From the NCBI GenBank assembly GCA_010405405.1, contig MU004236.1, forward strand, positions 756,576 to 791,716: a stretch of 35,141 bases of DNA, written 5' to 3'. The notes under the pieces are model-generated. The model saw only the letters and a program-made list of their open reading frames with translations, searched no databases and was not told the origin of the DNA. Each line of letters starts with the position of its first letter. Positions within the stretch are counted from its first letter, which is position 1. Of the stretch, positions 1-10,142 are shown in pieces. A program made the position numbers and the translations under genes. The DNA is from Microthyrium microscopicum (lineage: Eukaryota).

Positions 1-2
1 CT

Positions 3-1088
3 CTTCAAACACGTTTGGGCAAGGCGCAAGCTTCGCTGAGGACTCTTGAGAAAGCCAATGCTGGAGGCTTGCTCTCCTTGCAGTATGTTCTGAGATGGGC
101 ATATGGACGCGTTGGAAAGAGGAGATTTGAGCTTTTGAAGCCACTGCTGGAGCCAGATACAACGCCTGGAAATGGCAGTATTACAACCCGCCCAGCTCTG
201 TCAGAGCCGCCCCAAAAACGAGGCTATGATTTGGCGATAGTTCCTATCTCGGATATATTCACGCCTCCAAAAGTGTCAAGGGAACACATTGTCTACGATA
301 TCTCTCCGAAGTATAGCAAGCTAAGGGCCATTATTTTAGCTCAGGTCAACCTCGGCAAGCTGCTACCACACAGCGAGAGAGTGCTCAGGAGCTATTTGTT
401 GAAGATCCCAACCAAGAACGAATGGAATCGTCCCATGCCACTTGTTAGGGTGAAAAATTTTGCCAACAAACATTATGCTTGGCTTCTGGAAAAGGTCCTC
501 CCACCACTCCCTGACAAGGACTGGCTTTGGCTATACGAGTTGGCAACTGGAACTCGCAAATGGGAGGGCGTTCCAAAACGACGAAAGAGAGTTGTCGTTC
601 AGCATCCAGAGAAATATAGCGCTCGGGATTTGGAGAGCATTCTGCACGTCGGCCGAGTACAGTCTCTTTCGCCAAGCGAACAGTCGACTCGTAGCCAATA
701 CTCTACGGACGACGTTGAGAAAGTCCTTGGTCGCCTACCACAATCTTTGCACCATTTCGATTCCAAGGATACGTGGCTTGAAGATAGTCAGCTCTTTGAG
801 CAATCCAAGAGCAACGTCTTGGAGGAGGAGCTCAATGTTGGTGGTCAATTTGCAGTGACAAGAAACTCTAGCGATGATCCTCACACCATCACTGAGCGAT
901 ACATGAAAAGGCAACTGAAAGCGATACTGGTTGAATGTCCGAGGCTTAGCAAAGACAAACAGACAGGTGGATGGGAAGTTACTTCAGGTATCTTTGCCTC
1001 TAAAGAAGCACCGGATACTTCGACTTTGGCACCTCTTTTTGATATGATGGAGCTTGGCACAAGCGCGCGAGAATCTGTAGCTCGATAG
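3..1088 (+). CDS. LYR-motif (Complex1_LYR/Cup1-like) putative mitochondrial protein, 5' end outside window
   Basis: The frame is open from the window start with no ATG and stops at TAG 1086-1088. Motifs LRTLEKANAG...LRWAYGRVGKRRFELL and NEWNRPMPLVRVKN...LEKVLPPLP resemble fungal Cup1-like LYR proteins. The LYR motif itself would lie upstream. Confidence 0.6.
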   Translation, partial: LQTRLGKAQASLRTLEKANAGGLLSLQYVLRWAYGRVGKRRFELLKPLLEPDTTPGNGSITTRPALSEPPQKRGYDLAIVPISDIFTPPKVSREHIVYDISPKYSKLRAIILAQVNLGKLLPHSERVLRSYLLKIPTKNEWNRPMPLVRVKNFANKHYAWLLEKVLPPLPDKDWLWLYELATGTRKWEGVPKRRKRVVVQHPEKYSARDLESILHVGRVQSLSPSEQSTRSQYSTDDVEKVLGRLPQSLHHFDSKDTWLEDSQLFEQSKSNVLEEELNVGGQFAVTRNSSDDPHTITERYMKRQLKAILVECPRLSKDKQTGGWEVTSGIFASKEAPDTSTLAPLFDMMELGTSARESVAR

Positions 1089-1319
1089 TTCGTCAATACC
1101 AGAATTCAGCAACTCAAAGCCCTGAAACCTTCAACGTTGGTACCTTGCATCCGATATCGGAATTATCCAGAATAGTTGGCATCACTTGAGGCTCTGTCCG
1201 GGTGAATATCACACTACATCTCTAGGGCGTCAAACAAATATTCGAATTTTTTGAACAGTTTTAATCGACAAGGCATCCATCAACACCGCAAATCCAACTA
1301 GGCCAAAAGTGCTCTCGAA

Positions 1320-2093
1320 ATGTCCGACCAACCTATAATCCGCTTCGCAACAAAAGACGGTAGGCCGAGTCTCAACTCAGTACAATAACCATCTTACCTG
1401 TCTAGATGTCTCATCAATCCTCTTCTTGATCAAAGAGCTCGCTATTTTCGAGAATGCACTCGACTCCGTCGAAACTACTGAACAATCCCTTCTCGACACG
1501 CTCTCATTTCCAAACACCCCAGATGCAGTCAGCCTAAGCGATTTCAGCCCAGGCTTTGCTCGAACATTCTTGCTCATAGTGCCCAACTCCAACGTCACTG
1601 ATGTGCCCAAGGCACATGATGGCAGTGTTGCGGGCATGGCGCTCTTCTTCACCAACTACTCCACATGGCGAGGTAAGATTCCCCTGCACTAAATCACATT
1701 TCCTCACGACATGCAACGAATTCAAAAACAGCATATCTCCCTTCGCATTCGATGGCCGGTTTACCTTTTTACCAGGAAAAGAGCAAAGGGGCTTTTAGGC
1801 ATGCTGGCTTCAATCGTAATGGGTCCTGACACATTCCAGGTGCACCGGGAGTATATCTCGAAGACTTGTATGTGCGCCAGCAGTTCCGTCGTAAAGGACA
1901 TGCGCGTTTGCTGCTCGGTGCGCTGGCCAAGGAGACAATTAGGCTTGGAGGGAAACGCTTGGAGTGGAGTTGCTTGAATTGGAACGTCAATGCGTTGAAA
2001 TTCTATGAAAGCATTGGCGCGGTGAAGCAGAGCGAGTGGATTGGACTTAGGACGGATGGTGAGGCGTTGGAAAGGTTAGCGGGTGGTAAATGA
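1320..2093 (+). CDS. GNAT N-acetyltransferase, diamine/spermidine acetyltransferase (SSAT/Ats1-like), about 186 aa
   Basis: Exons 1320-1359, 1406-1672 and 1840-2093 with GT-AG introns. The spliced product reads [55 protein letters not shown] (acetyl-CoA motif A) and RLEWSCLNWNVNALKFYESIGA. Confidence 0.9.
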
Positions 2094-2747
2094 GTATCAA
2101 CCAAAGCGAGAGAATAAACGGCCCGCTCTCATCAATGATGACTGCTACCGCCAAGGACACTAAACAAGATAGGTTATATTCCCCATAGTATTCTATGTAG
2201 GTCTGTGGTTTTGGACATCGATGAGCTAGAAAGTTAATGGTAATAAAGCATAACATACGGTCGACATCGAATTTTATGGGAGCGTATCATTTGTTTTGTC
2301 GACCTGCTGACAACAGTACTATCCACTAGCTCCTTTCTTTGTTGTACGAGAACGGTGAAGGACCAGTCAGGTAGCACTACGAATCTACATTCCTCTCGAG
2401 GCTCTACGAAACCACCGCCTACCTTCGAATACGACGGCCAGCGATATTTGGGCTGCTTGCAGAGAATCATCTCTGGCTTCCAACTGGCCAGATCTTGCCT
2501 CGCCGTCTATTCCCAAATCTGGACGCTCAAGAACAGCGTCTCCGGCTTCAGACTCCTGTAATGGGGTCCTCAAGTGCTAATAGTTTTGTGGAACTGGAAT
2601 GGACACAGCTAGCTATGTGCTCTGCTATAAGCCGAATCTCAATTCCCCAAGTATGTCGAACTAGACACACATCTTGAACGATTTCCTTCATTTGGGTGAG
2701 CTAACAGATAACTCTCATATATCTCTCTTCAAGATTATAATTCCATC

Positions 2748-3479
2748 ATGTTGCTGTATATTGCATTCATAAGCGCTTTCAGCATTACTTCTGTCCTAGC
2801 TATGCCGTTGAAGAAAAGAGATGTAGGTCCAGTTCAAAACCATTTGGCATTCGCAGCCGAAACATAAATCTAACCATCCCAGAACGACCACAATACCTCC
2901 CGTTGTCCCAATTTTTGCGCCGGCACAAACACCACCAGCGACCCTCTCTACATATGCGGCGACTCACGACTCGGCCCCGTCACTCTACCCACCGGCATCC
3001 CGCTCGACGGCATAGCCGGCCTCGACTCAATCTACCACCGCTTCGGCGCCCTATGTCCCGGCGAGTTTCTCGCCAAATACACCGATCCTACAACTGGCCA
3101 ATTCGTCTATCCACCGTTCAGCGGCTTCCAAATCGACACCACAGGAAAAGCATTCACGGCCAAAGTGACGCTCCCTCTGGGGATGGTCCTCGATCGCTTT
3201 GGCTCCGAGAATGGGACATACATGAGTCCTGGCGGTGCGTCATATGCGCAGCGAGCGCTGCCGCCGACAAATCTGGACGCATTGCCAGGGGCGGCTTATC
3301 CATATAACTATCATGTATATACTGTTTCGAGGGTGATGGTTGTGGAGTCTGGAGTGATTGCGCCGTGGTTTGGACAACCGGGGTTTGGGGTACAATTCCT
3401 GATGCCTTTTAATATCACTTCGTTGGTTGAGCAGGGGTTTTTGAGCAGGCTCAATTTGACTGCGGATCCGGATTGGTAG
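2748..3479 (+). CDS. Secreted TNT (tuberculosis necrotizing toxin)-domain NAD(P)+ glycohydrolase, fungal surface NADase-like, about 223 aa
   Basis: Exon 2748-2822 encodes a signal peptide (MLLYIAFISAFSITSVLA) and a KKR Kex2-like site. Intron 2823-2882 is gtaggt...ctaac...ag. Exon 2883-3479 carries CGDSRLGP, YHRFGALCPGEFLAKY, YPPFSGF, LDRFGSENGTYMSP, QRALPP, YHVY and IAPWFGQPGFGVQF, typical of the TNT/DUF4237 family. Confidence 0.9.
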
Positions 3480-3863
3480 GCTTGTTATGCATTGAAAAGC
3501 AGTACTCTATAGGGGCAATCTGTCGTACAGTGATAGACAGTTAATCAATTGACGAAATAAAGAGTCTGTCCCCTTCCGCTTCTTGACTCCAATTCGTTCC
3601 GTTCTGCTATTCTGCTATTTACTTCTGCTCCCATTGGGTGCGTAATAGCTTGGGATAGAAGAGGAAGTGCTGTTTATAAGGTCCAGTGACAGACGTCCCA
3701 TACGATCAGAGCGTGTCTTCAAAATTGTGGATTCGTCGACTGCTACCTTAGGTACTGATCCGGAAACAGTATTTTGATGTCTCTTCAGCATGGAACTCTT
3801 AACATATCAATTTAATAATTATTGTCTCTTCACTCAATATAGTATTCAGACTGATACTAATAT

Positions 3864-6559
3864 CTACTTGCTGGACATCATTGCCAGCCGTATGCTCACC
3901 GCCCTTCTATGTGCTTCCAACTCTTCGACCTTTGCCAGTTGCATCACTGCAGGGCCGACTTCTTTAAGGCCTTGCTCAGTAAGATTGGACGCGGTAATGT
4001 GCTTGATGTATGAGCCCAGATTGACCCCAGAGTATTGACGAGCATATCCGTAAGTGGCTGGTAAAAGTATTAGCAAACTAGCTTCGAGACTTAAGCAATA
4101 GAACTTACGAAGTGAGTGATTGACACCAGCAGAGTAGTCACCAACACTCTCCGGCGTCCATTTTCCAATGAAAACACTTCCTGCATTCTTCACCAAGCCC
4201 ACAGCCTTTTCTGCATCCTTGATTTGAAGAATCAAGTGCTCAGGAGCATATACATTGCTCAACTCCATAGCCTCTTGGAGTGACTTGACGATGAGTGTTA
4301 CAGAGTGATCAATTGCACCACGCACAATGTCGACTCTGGGCAGCGCGTTCGCCTGCTTGTCAACCTCCGTTTCTATGGCCTCAAGTTGCTCGGTCGTAAG
4401 ATCGATAGCAATGAGCACCACCTGTGAGTCAACACCATGTTCGGCTTGACTGAGCAGATCAGCAGCAACGAAAGCCGGTTCGGCAGTCTCATCTGCTATG
4501 ACGAGAACCTCACTTGGTCCAGCGGGCATATCGATACCAACAGCCGCACTGGTATCATTCGACACCACCATTTTGGCAGCCGTGACGAATTGGTTCCCAG
4601 GCCCGAGGATCTTGTCTACTTTGCTAACACTCTCTGTGCCATAAGCCATGGCAGCGATTGCCTGAGCACCGCCAGCCAGTACGATACTCTCGGCTCCTAC
4701 TTTGTGGGCAACGTAGACGATCTCAGGGGTGACCGAGCCATCTGCGCGAGGTGGACTAGCGAGCACAATCTTCTCACACCCAGCTACCATTGCTGGTACA
4801 CCAAGCATCATGGCTGTAGAAGGTAGAACAGCAGTTCCTCCAGGCACGTAACATCCGACGCGCTCAATGGGGCGAGAAAATCTAGTACATACGACTCCTG
4901 GCATGGTCTCCACAACCAGTGGGCGCTCCTCTTTCTGTGCAGCATGGAATTTGCGGATATTCTCAAAAGAAATGTCGATGGCTTCGATAGTCTCAGGAGG
5001 CAGTTGCATCAGCGATTCGGGAAATGGTGCTTTCAGAACGGGTGATGTTAAGCTTGTAGCTTTCTCAAACTTGTGGGTATATTCGAGTAGTGCCTTGTCA
5101 CCTCGCTCTTGGACGTCCTTGATGATGGGATTTACGATTCCCATAATCTTCTCTGTTGATCGCTGTGATGGTCGTTTGAGTGCTTCAATGATCACTGCAC
5201 GATCATCCTTTGAAGCGTCGTATCTTGTGAGTGTGATTTTGCCTGAGGGATCAGCAGCTGCGCTTGCCTCCTTTGACTTTTGTATTATCGCCGCGGGTGT
5301 CGGAATAGCTAGTTCCTTTGTGTCCTCTGAGGCCGATGGTAACCACTGTTCTTTTGCGTTGCCCGGCCTCCTCTTGACCTTTAGAGCTTTCATATCTAAA
5401 TTTCTCTCCACGTCCTCGATACTAACCCCTGCAGCTACACACTTGGTAAGAGCAAAGTATAAAAGATCAGCTGCTTCAAAGGCGATGTGTTCCTTTTCCG
5501 TAGCTTCACAAAGCTCACTCGCTTCCTCCATGATCTTCGCCTTCAACAGTTGAGAATCATTGAAAAGTCTCGCTGTGTATGACCCCTCTGGTGCTGAAGC
5601 CTTTCTTGACTGGAGAGTCTTTTGCAGTCTCGACAAGCCAGAGTAGTTTCCAAAACACGTCGAGGTTGCAAGATGGCAGAAGCCTATGAGATGTCAGTCA
5701 TGGAGCCGCATTAGTAACGCCCAAACTTACCTCGTCCTTTTTGACGTACAACGAACAGCAAACAATCGCGATCACAGTCCATCGAAACACGAACCAGCTC
5801 CTGCGTATCACCACTGCTATCCCCCTTATACCAGAGTCCCCGCTTCCGGCTCTGATACACACCCCGGCCAAGCTTAAGACTCTCTTGCACGCTCTTCTCA
5901 CTACTATATACCAGTCCTAGTGCCGTGCCTCGCTCATCCACAACAAGTGTCGTAAACAAGCCATCCGGTCTGTCCGATTTGGCGCCAGCCATTAGCACCT
6001 TGGCCAGATTGATAGATCCAGTGGACGACGGCTCCGATGAAAGACTTGCAATAGGCAGAACCGGGATGCCACCCAGGGCCGATACTTGCGCAGCATCTTC
6101 CTCGTTCGGATTGCTGAAAGAGACGTATACTGGAGGATGTTCTTCGCCATACTCCTTCAGCCAAGCCGTAACGAAAGCAACGTCTGAGACATTGGATGTG
6201 AATATTCCTACACTTTTATCACCAATGGATTCAATGATCTCTTCTTTCGTCACGCCGGTAGTCCATAAGGCTACGCGGTCCTGGTCCAATGTCTTTGGGT
6301 CTAATTGGTGGAGCTGGGTGTTGTTGACGATAACCGTAGTTGCACCTGCATCCAGGACTGTGGTGATGTCTTCTATACTCTCCAATGCGGTTACGTCTAA
6401 GTATGTGGAAACGCGAGAAGTGGTTCGTTGTAGCAAGTCTACAGCCTCTGTGACATTTTGTACGGAAAGGAAAATGCTTCCCAGAAAAGCGGCCGGTCCT
6501 GAAAGTAGTCCGTCTTTGAGCTCGCTCAGTTTCGTGGCAGGAAGAACCAGAGCAGACAT
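3864..6559 (-). CDS. HIS4: Trifunctional histidine biosynthesis protein (PR-AMP cyclohydrolase / PR-ATP pyrophosphatase / histidinol dehydrogenase), about 865 aa
   Basis: Exons 6559-5731, 5683-4109 and 4057-3864. HisI motifs: SRKRGLWYKGDSSG, DCDRDCL, GFCHL. HisE motifs: SYTARLF, KIMEEASE, EAADLLY. HisD motifs: YVPGGTA, GPGNQFV, IDMPAGPSEV, QAEHG, APEHL, ESVGDYSAGVNHSLPTYG. Confidence 0.97.
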
Positions 6560-7295
6560 CTTGACGATCTTCTGCAAAGTAGTCGTGTTGTCTGGAAAGA
6601 AACAGTTGTGCAAGGCTGAAAAATTTCTCTAGGATGAGAGAGGAAAGACTCACACTTCGGATGACGAGATTTTGAAAAAATGCCCCACCAATCCTTGTCC
6701 CACACTCAATGCATGTTATATCACCAAATGACCAATAGCTGAGCTTAATTAGAGGACTTTCGATTATATTTGAAGTTTAAGAGTCTAGGCATCATGACAT
6801 TGACAGAGAACTCTTGACGAACTTGGTTGATAAAGGCAGTGAGTGGACGAACCATGGGAAGGATTTCGTCTTGATCCTCGCTATCTCTTCTTATACAAAC
6901 GTTTGCATATCGTTTTAGCACTCTTTAACACTGGAGAGACCTGACGATTTTCAAGCTATATCAAGCTTGGAAATATGTCTTGAATGGTAAATGTGATAGC
7001 TTGTAATTCACTGATAGACAATCGTAGCGCCAAGCCATGGTTAAACAAAGACAACTGAACGCCTGATACTTTTGACATTTCAGTTCGTCTGCCAATTCAA
7101 TTGAAAGCAGACAACAAGAACAGAAATAAAAGAGCTTGATAGAGTACATAAAGCACTCATGTAGGCTCGCATACACTCTCGATCCTATGATAGTTTTGTG
7201 GTTCTTGCTCAGCACATGATGAGAAAGTTCATGCTAGAAGCAAAGAAAGAGTACCGTTGTTGATCAGCATCTCAGACCACAAGTGCTGGGGCAAC

Positions 7296-8818
7296 CTAAG
7301 ATCCCAGACTTGGGAACGCGCTCTCATCGGTCACGTTCGGGGCATTGGCACCAGAGCCTCCGCGTCCACGGGGTGCTCCACGGCCACGATCGCCTCCGCG
7401 GAAGTCTCCACCGCGTCCGCCACGAGCGCCATCACCACGGCCACGACCACGGAATCCGCCTCGTTCGCCACGGTCACCACCTTCGCCGCGAGGAGGACGA
7501 TCGCTAAAGTCTCCGCGACCACGGCCACCACGGTCTCCGCGATCACCAAAGTCTCCGCGAGGTCCCCCGCGTCCACGTCCACGGCGCTCGGTGCGATCAG
7601 TCTGGCGCATAGCTTCGCCATCCAGCTCAAGAATGTTCTTTTCCTTCTTGGCGCGTTCTCTACCCTTCTTGCCAGCAACACCAGTGATGAAGTCAGTCTC
7701 CTCCTCACGCTCCAACTCTTTTCCTTGGTTCAGCTTCTTGTTGCCGCCATCGTTTGGCTTGCGAGGAGCAAGAGATCCAGAGATTTGGAGGCGCTTTTCG
7801 GCCTGCTCAGCGAGATAGTCATCGTAGGTCTTGGTCTTCACCTCCTCCTCAGCAGGTTCAGTTGGCTCGCCGTTGTCATCAATCTCTTTTTCGGCCTCTT
7901 TCTCGTCGGCTTGGGCAATTGCTTCACCTTCCTTTTCGTCGGTGTATTCGGCATCACCAGTGTTTCCACCCCAGCCACGGCCAGTCTGCTTGTCGTGATC
8001 GCTAACAGAATGATTAGCATACCTTCTTACAAGTAGCCGTAGTCTACTTACACAATACCAGTCTTGCTATGACGGTCATCAGAGTGCTGACCACCGCGAC
8101 CACCGCGACCGCCACGTCCGCGGCCGCCGTCACGGCCACCACGTCCTCGACCACGACCTTCACCGCCTGTGTCATCATTAGAAACTGTTGGTTAGATGGG
8201 GTTGTGATGCTTACGGTTCTCGTCAGTGCCACGTCCACGATTTTGTTGAGAGCCAGCACCACGATCGCGGTACGCTAGAATATAAAATTAGCACGGAACC
8301 CATGTTTGAGGGGGTTTAATGGTGGAAGCGCAATCGCCTACTTGCAAGATGACAGCAAGTAGGCAATTGAAAGAGACGAGTATAAAAGATAGTGTGTACG
8401 TACCAGCCTCGTTACCACTGGCACCGTCGCGATTGCCACGTCCTCCACGGGAAGCCTCGGCTGGCTTTACAGCGCCACGCTGAGTGCCCTTGGATGCAGA
8501 ATTGGCGGCCTTGGAAGTAGCTGGCACTTGGCTTGAGTCTGCGGCATCGTCGTCTATATCAAGATGTTAGCATGCATGACTCCGATGGCGCATCCGATTG
8601 AAATCGTGTCTCAATCATTTCAAGACACCACAGATGACGCAAGACGTAAGCGATGAAGACAATGATGATATTCAATGTTGAGTAGTGTTATGGATGGAGC
8701 GATGCGGTTGGGCGGTGAGACATACCGAGCAGTTCGAAAAGGTTCTATCGGACAAGTAAGAAGACATTCCGTAATTTTCGATGGGAGGGAAGCTTACCTT
8801 GCTTACAATGCTAGCCAT
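7296..8818 (-). CDS. STM1: Stm1/SERBP1 (HABP4_PAI-RBP1 family) ribosome- and RNA-binding RGG protein, about 356 aa
   Basis: Six exons: 8818-8798, 8744-8726, 8553-8404, 8274-8215, 8166-8052, 8001-7296. N-terminus MASIVSKNLFELLDDD, then DDRHSKTGIVDHDKQTGRGWG, KTYDDYL, RGG repeats and the family-typical C-terminus DESAFPSLGS. Confidence 0.88.
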
Positions 8819-10142
8819 GGTGGGCTAATTGCACGCGCGCTCCAGGGCGCTTTTACTCTGGATTAAACCAGGCTGTTGTAGAATGAAGAAGAAAAGCTGG
8901 GATCGACGACACAGCGGGCCCGATCCAAGCTTTTTGATGGAGTGCGGCCGGTAGACGCACGAGAGCAGCTGAAAGGTCGAAACTGTGATGGCGACCTGAC
9001 AGATGGATGGAGCAAGAAGATTGAGGCGGATGAGAGGAAGTTGGAGACCTGGAGAGGTTGCAATGGACGAGCTCAGAACTGAATTTTGGTGTCGGTTCCA
9101 GAGCTGCACTGTGGCTCGAGCTAGTACAAATACGGAAGACTTTTGAATCACACCGGATTACGTATGCTAAAACACCAATGGGAAGCTCTTACCCCAGATC
9201 AATCCGTCCGCGCTTGCTTTTGAAAACTGGTGAGGTCTCGCTTCCAGTTTTAGTAAGATAGAGCAGTCAAATTCAAAATCTGAAGCCTCACTACTGATGT
9301 CAACGGGTACTTCGTGGGCAGATTAGCACTCCCATCGACTCTGAAATTCACCATCAAATACGTTGTTCAACCAAGGTTTATATCTTCCGAAGCAGACGTC
9401 AAGGCGTTGATGGTTTATCGAATACCCCCCATGAGCATTGCATCATCTTGTGTTCAATAGCCTATGTGGGGCCATCGCAGCTGATGAGAACATTCGAGTT
9501 ATCATGCCAATCGGTGACATGTCCGCATATCTACTGAGCAATGCGACGCAGTACGATCTGATACTCACTTCATTGTTGCGAACAATTAACAAAACTGATC
9601 TCATCGGGTCGGGAACCGGTCGGTACTCGACCATTGCAAGACATAGCTTGTCATTATGCTTGAAGTTGACTGACTCAATGACCAGTTGTTAGATGCTGAA
9701 ATTAATCCTATAGATGTTCTTGCAGTGTCTCTTCAGAGTCTGCGTATAATTTACAACAAACATGGACCTAGTTATTATGTACAGGTATAGAGGCGTTATA
9801 TACCTACCAGTACGTTATTCTCTTCATCAAAGAAACTTTTTACCGCCAAAGCAAGCCACTTCTTGGCCATGCATCAAACGGTCATTCAAAAAAAGCAAAG
9901 AACACCACATGCTTTGCAATATGCCGCCCCATTCGTCGTCCTAATGCGAACCGACTGATAACAATGGGAAAATCAAAAGTGCTGAGAGAGACATATTCCC
10001 TGGGTATTCTGCACGAATCAAAAGCCAAACTCTCAAGCCTAACCGTGTCCCCAAGAACCCCGTTCATAGCTCGAGATGAAGGGAAGTCAAGGTCCTAGAA
10101 AACAATAGATTGGTAAACAGGTGATGCGGATACAGTCAAAAA

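Noticed and set aside
2300..2580. Short ORFs between the GNAT and NADase genes as a possible immunity protein
   Set aside because: No ATG-initiated coherent model and no recognisable family. A secreted NADase does not need one.
4437..6653. ORFs of 130-235 aa overlapping HIS4
   Set aside because: Antisense or alternate-frame shadows of a conserved gene, with no recognisable motifs.
6645..6653. GACTCA upstream of HIS4 as a Gcn4/CpcA site
   Set aside because: It is AGACTCA rather than TGACTCA, is single, and could equally be a gtgagt splice donor on the minus strand.
7257..8278. Long Ala/Thr-rich and Pro/Arg-rich ORFs on the plus strand
   Set aside because: They are antisense shadows of the STM1 RGG-repeat codons.
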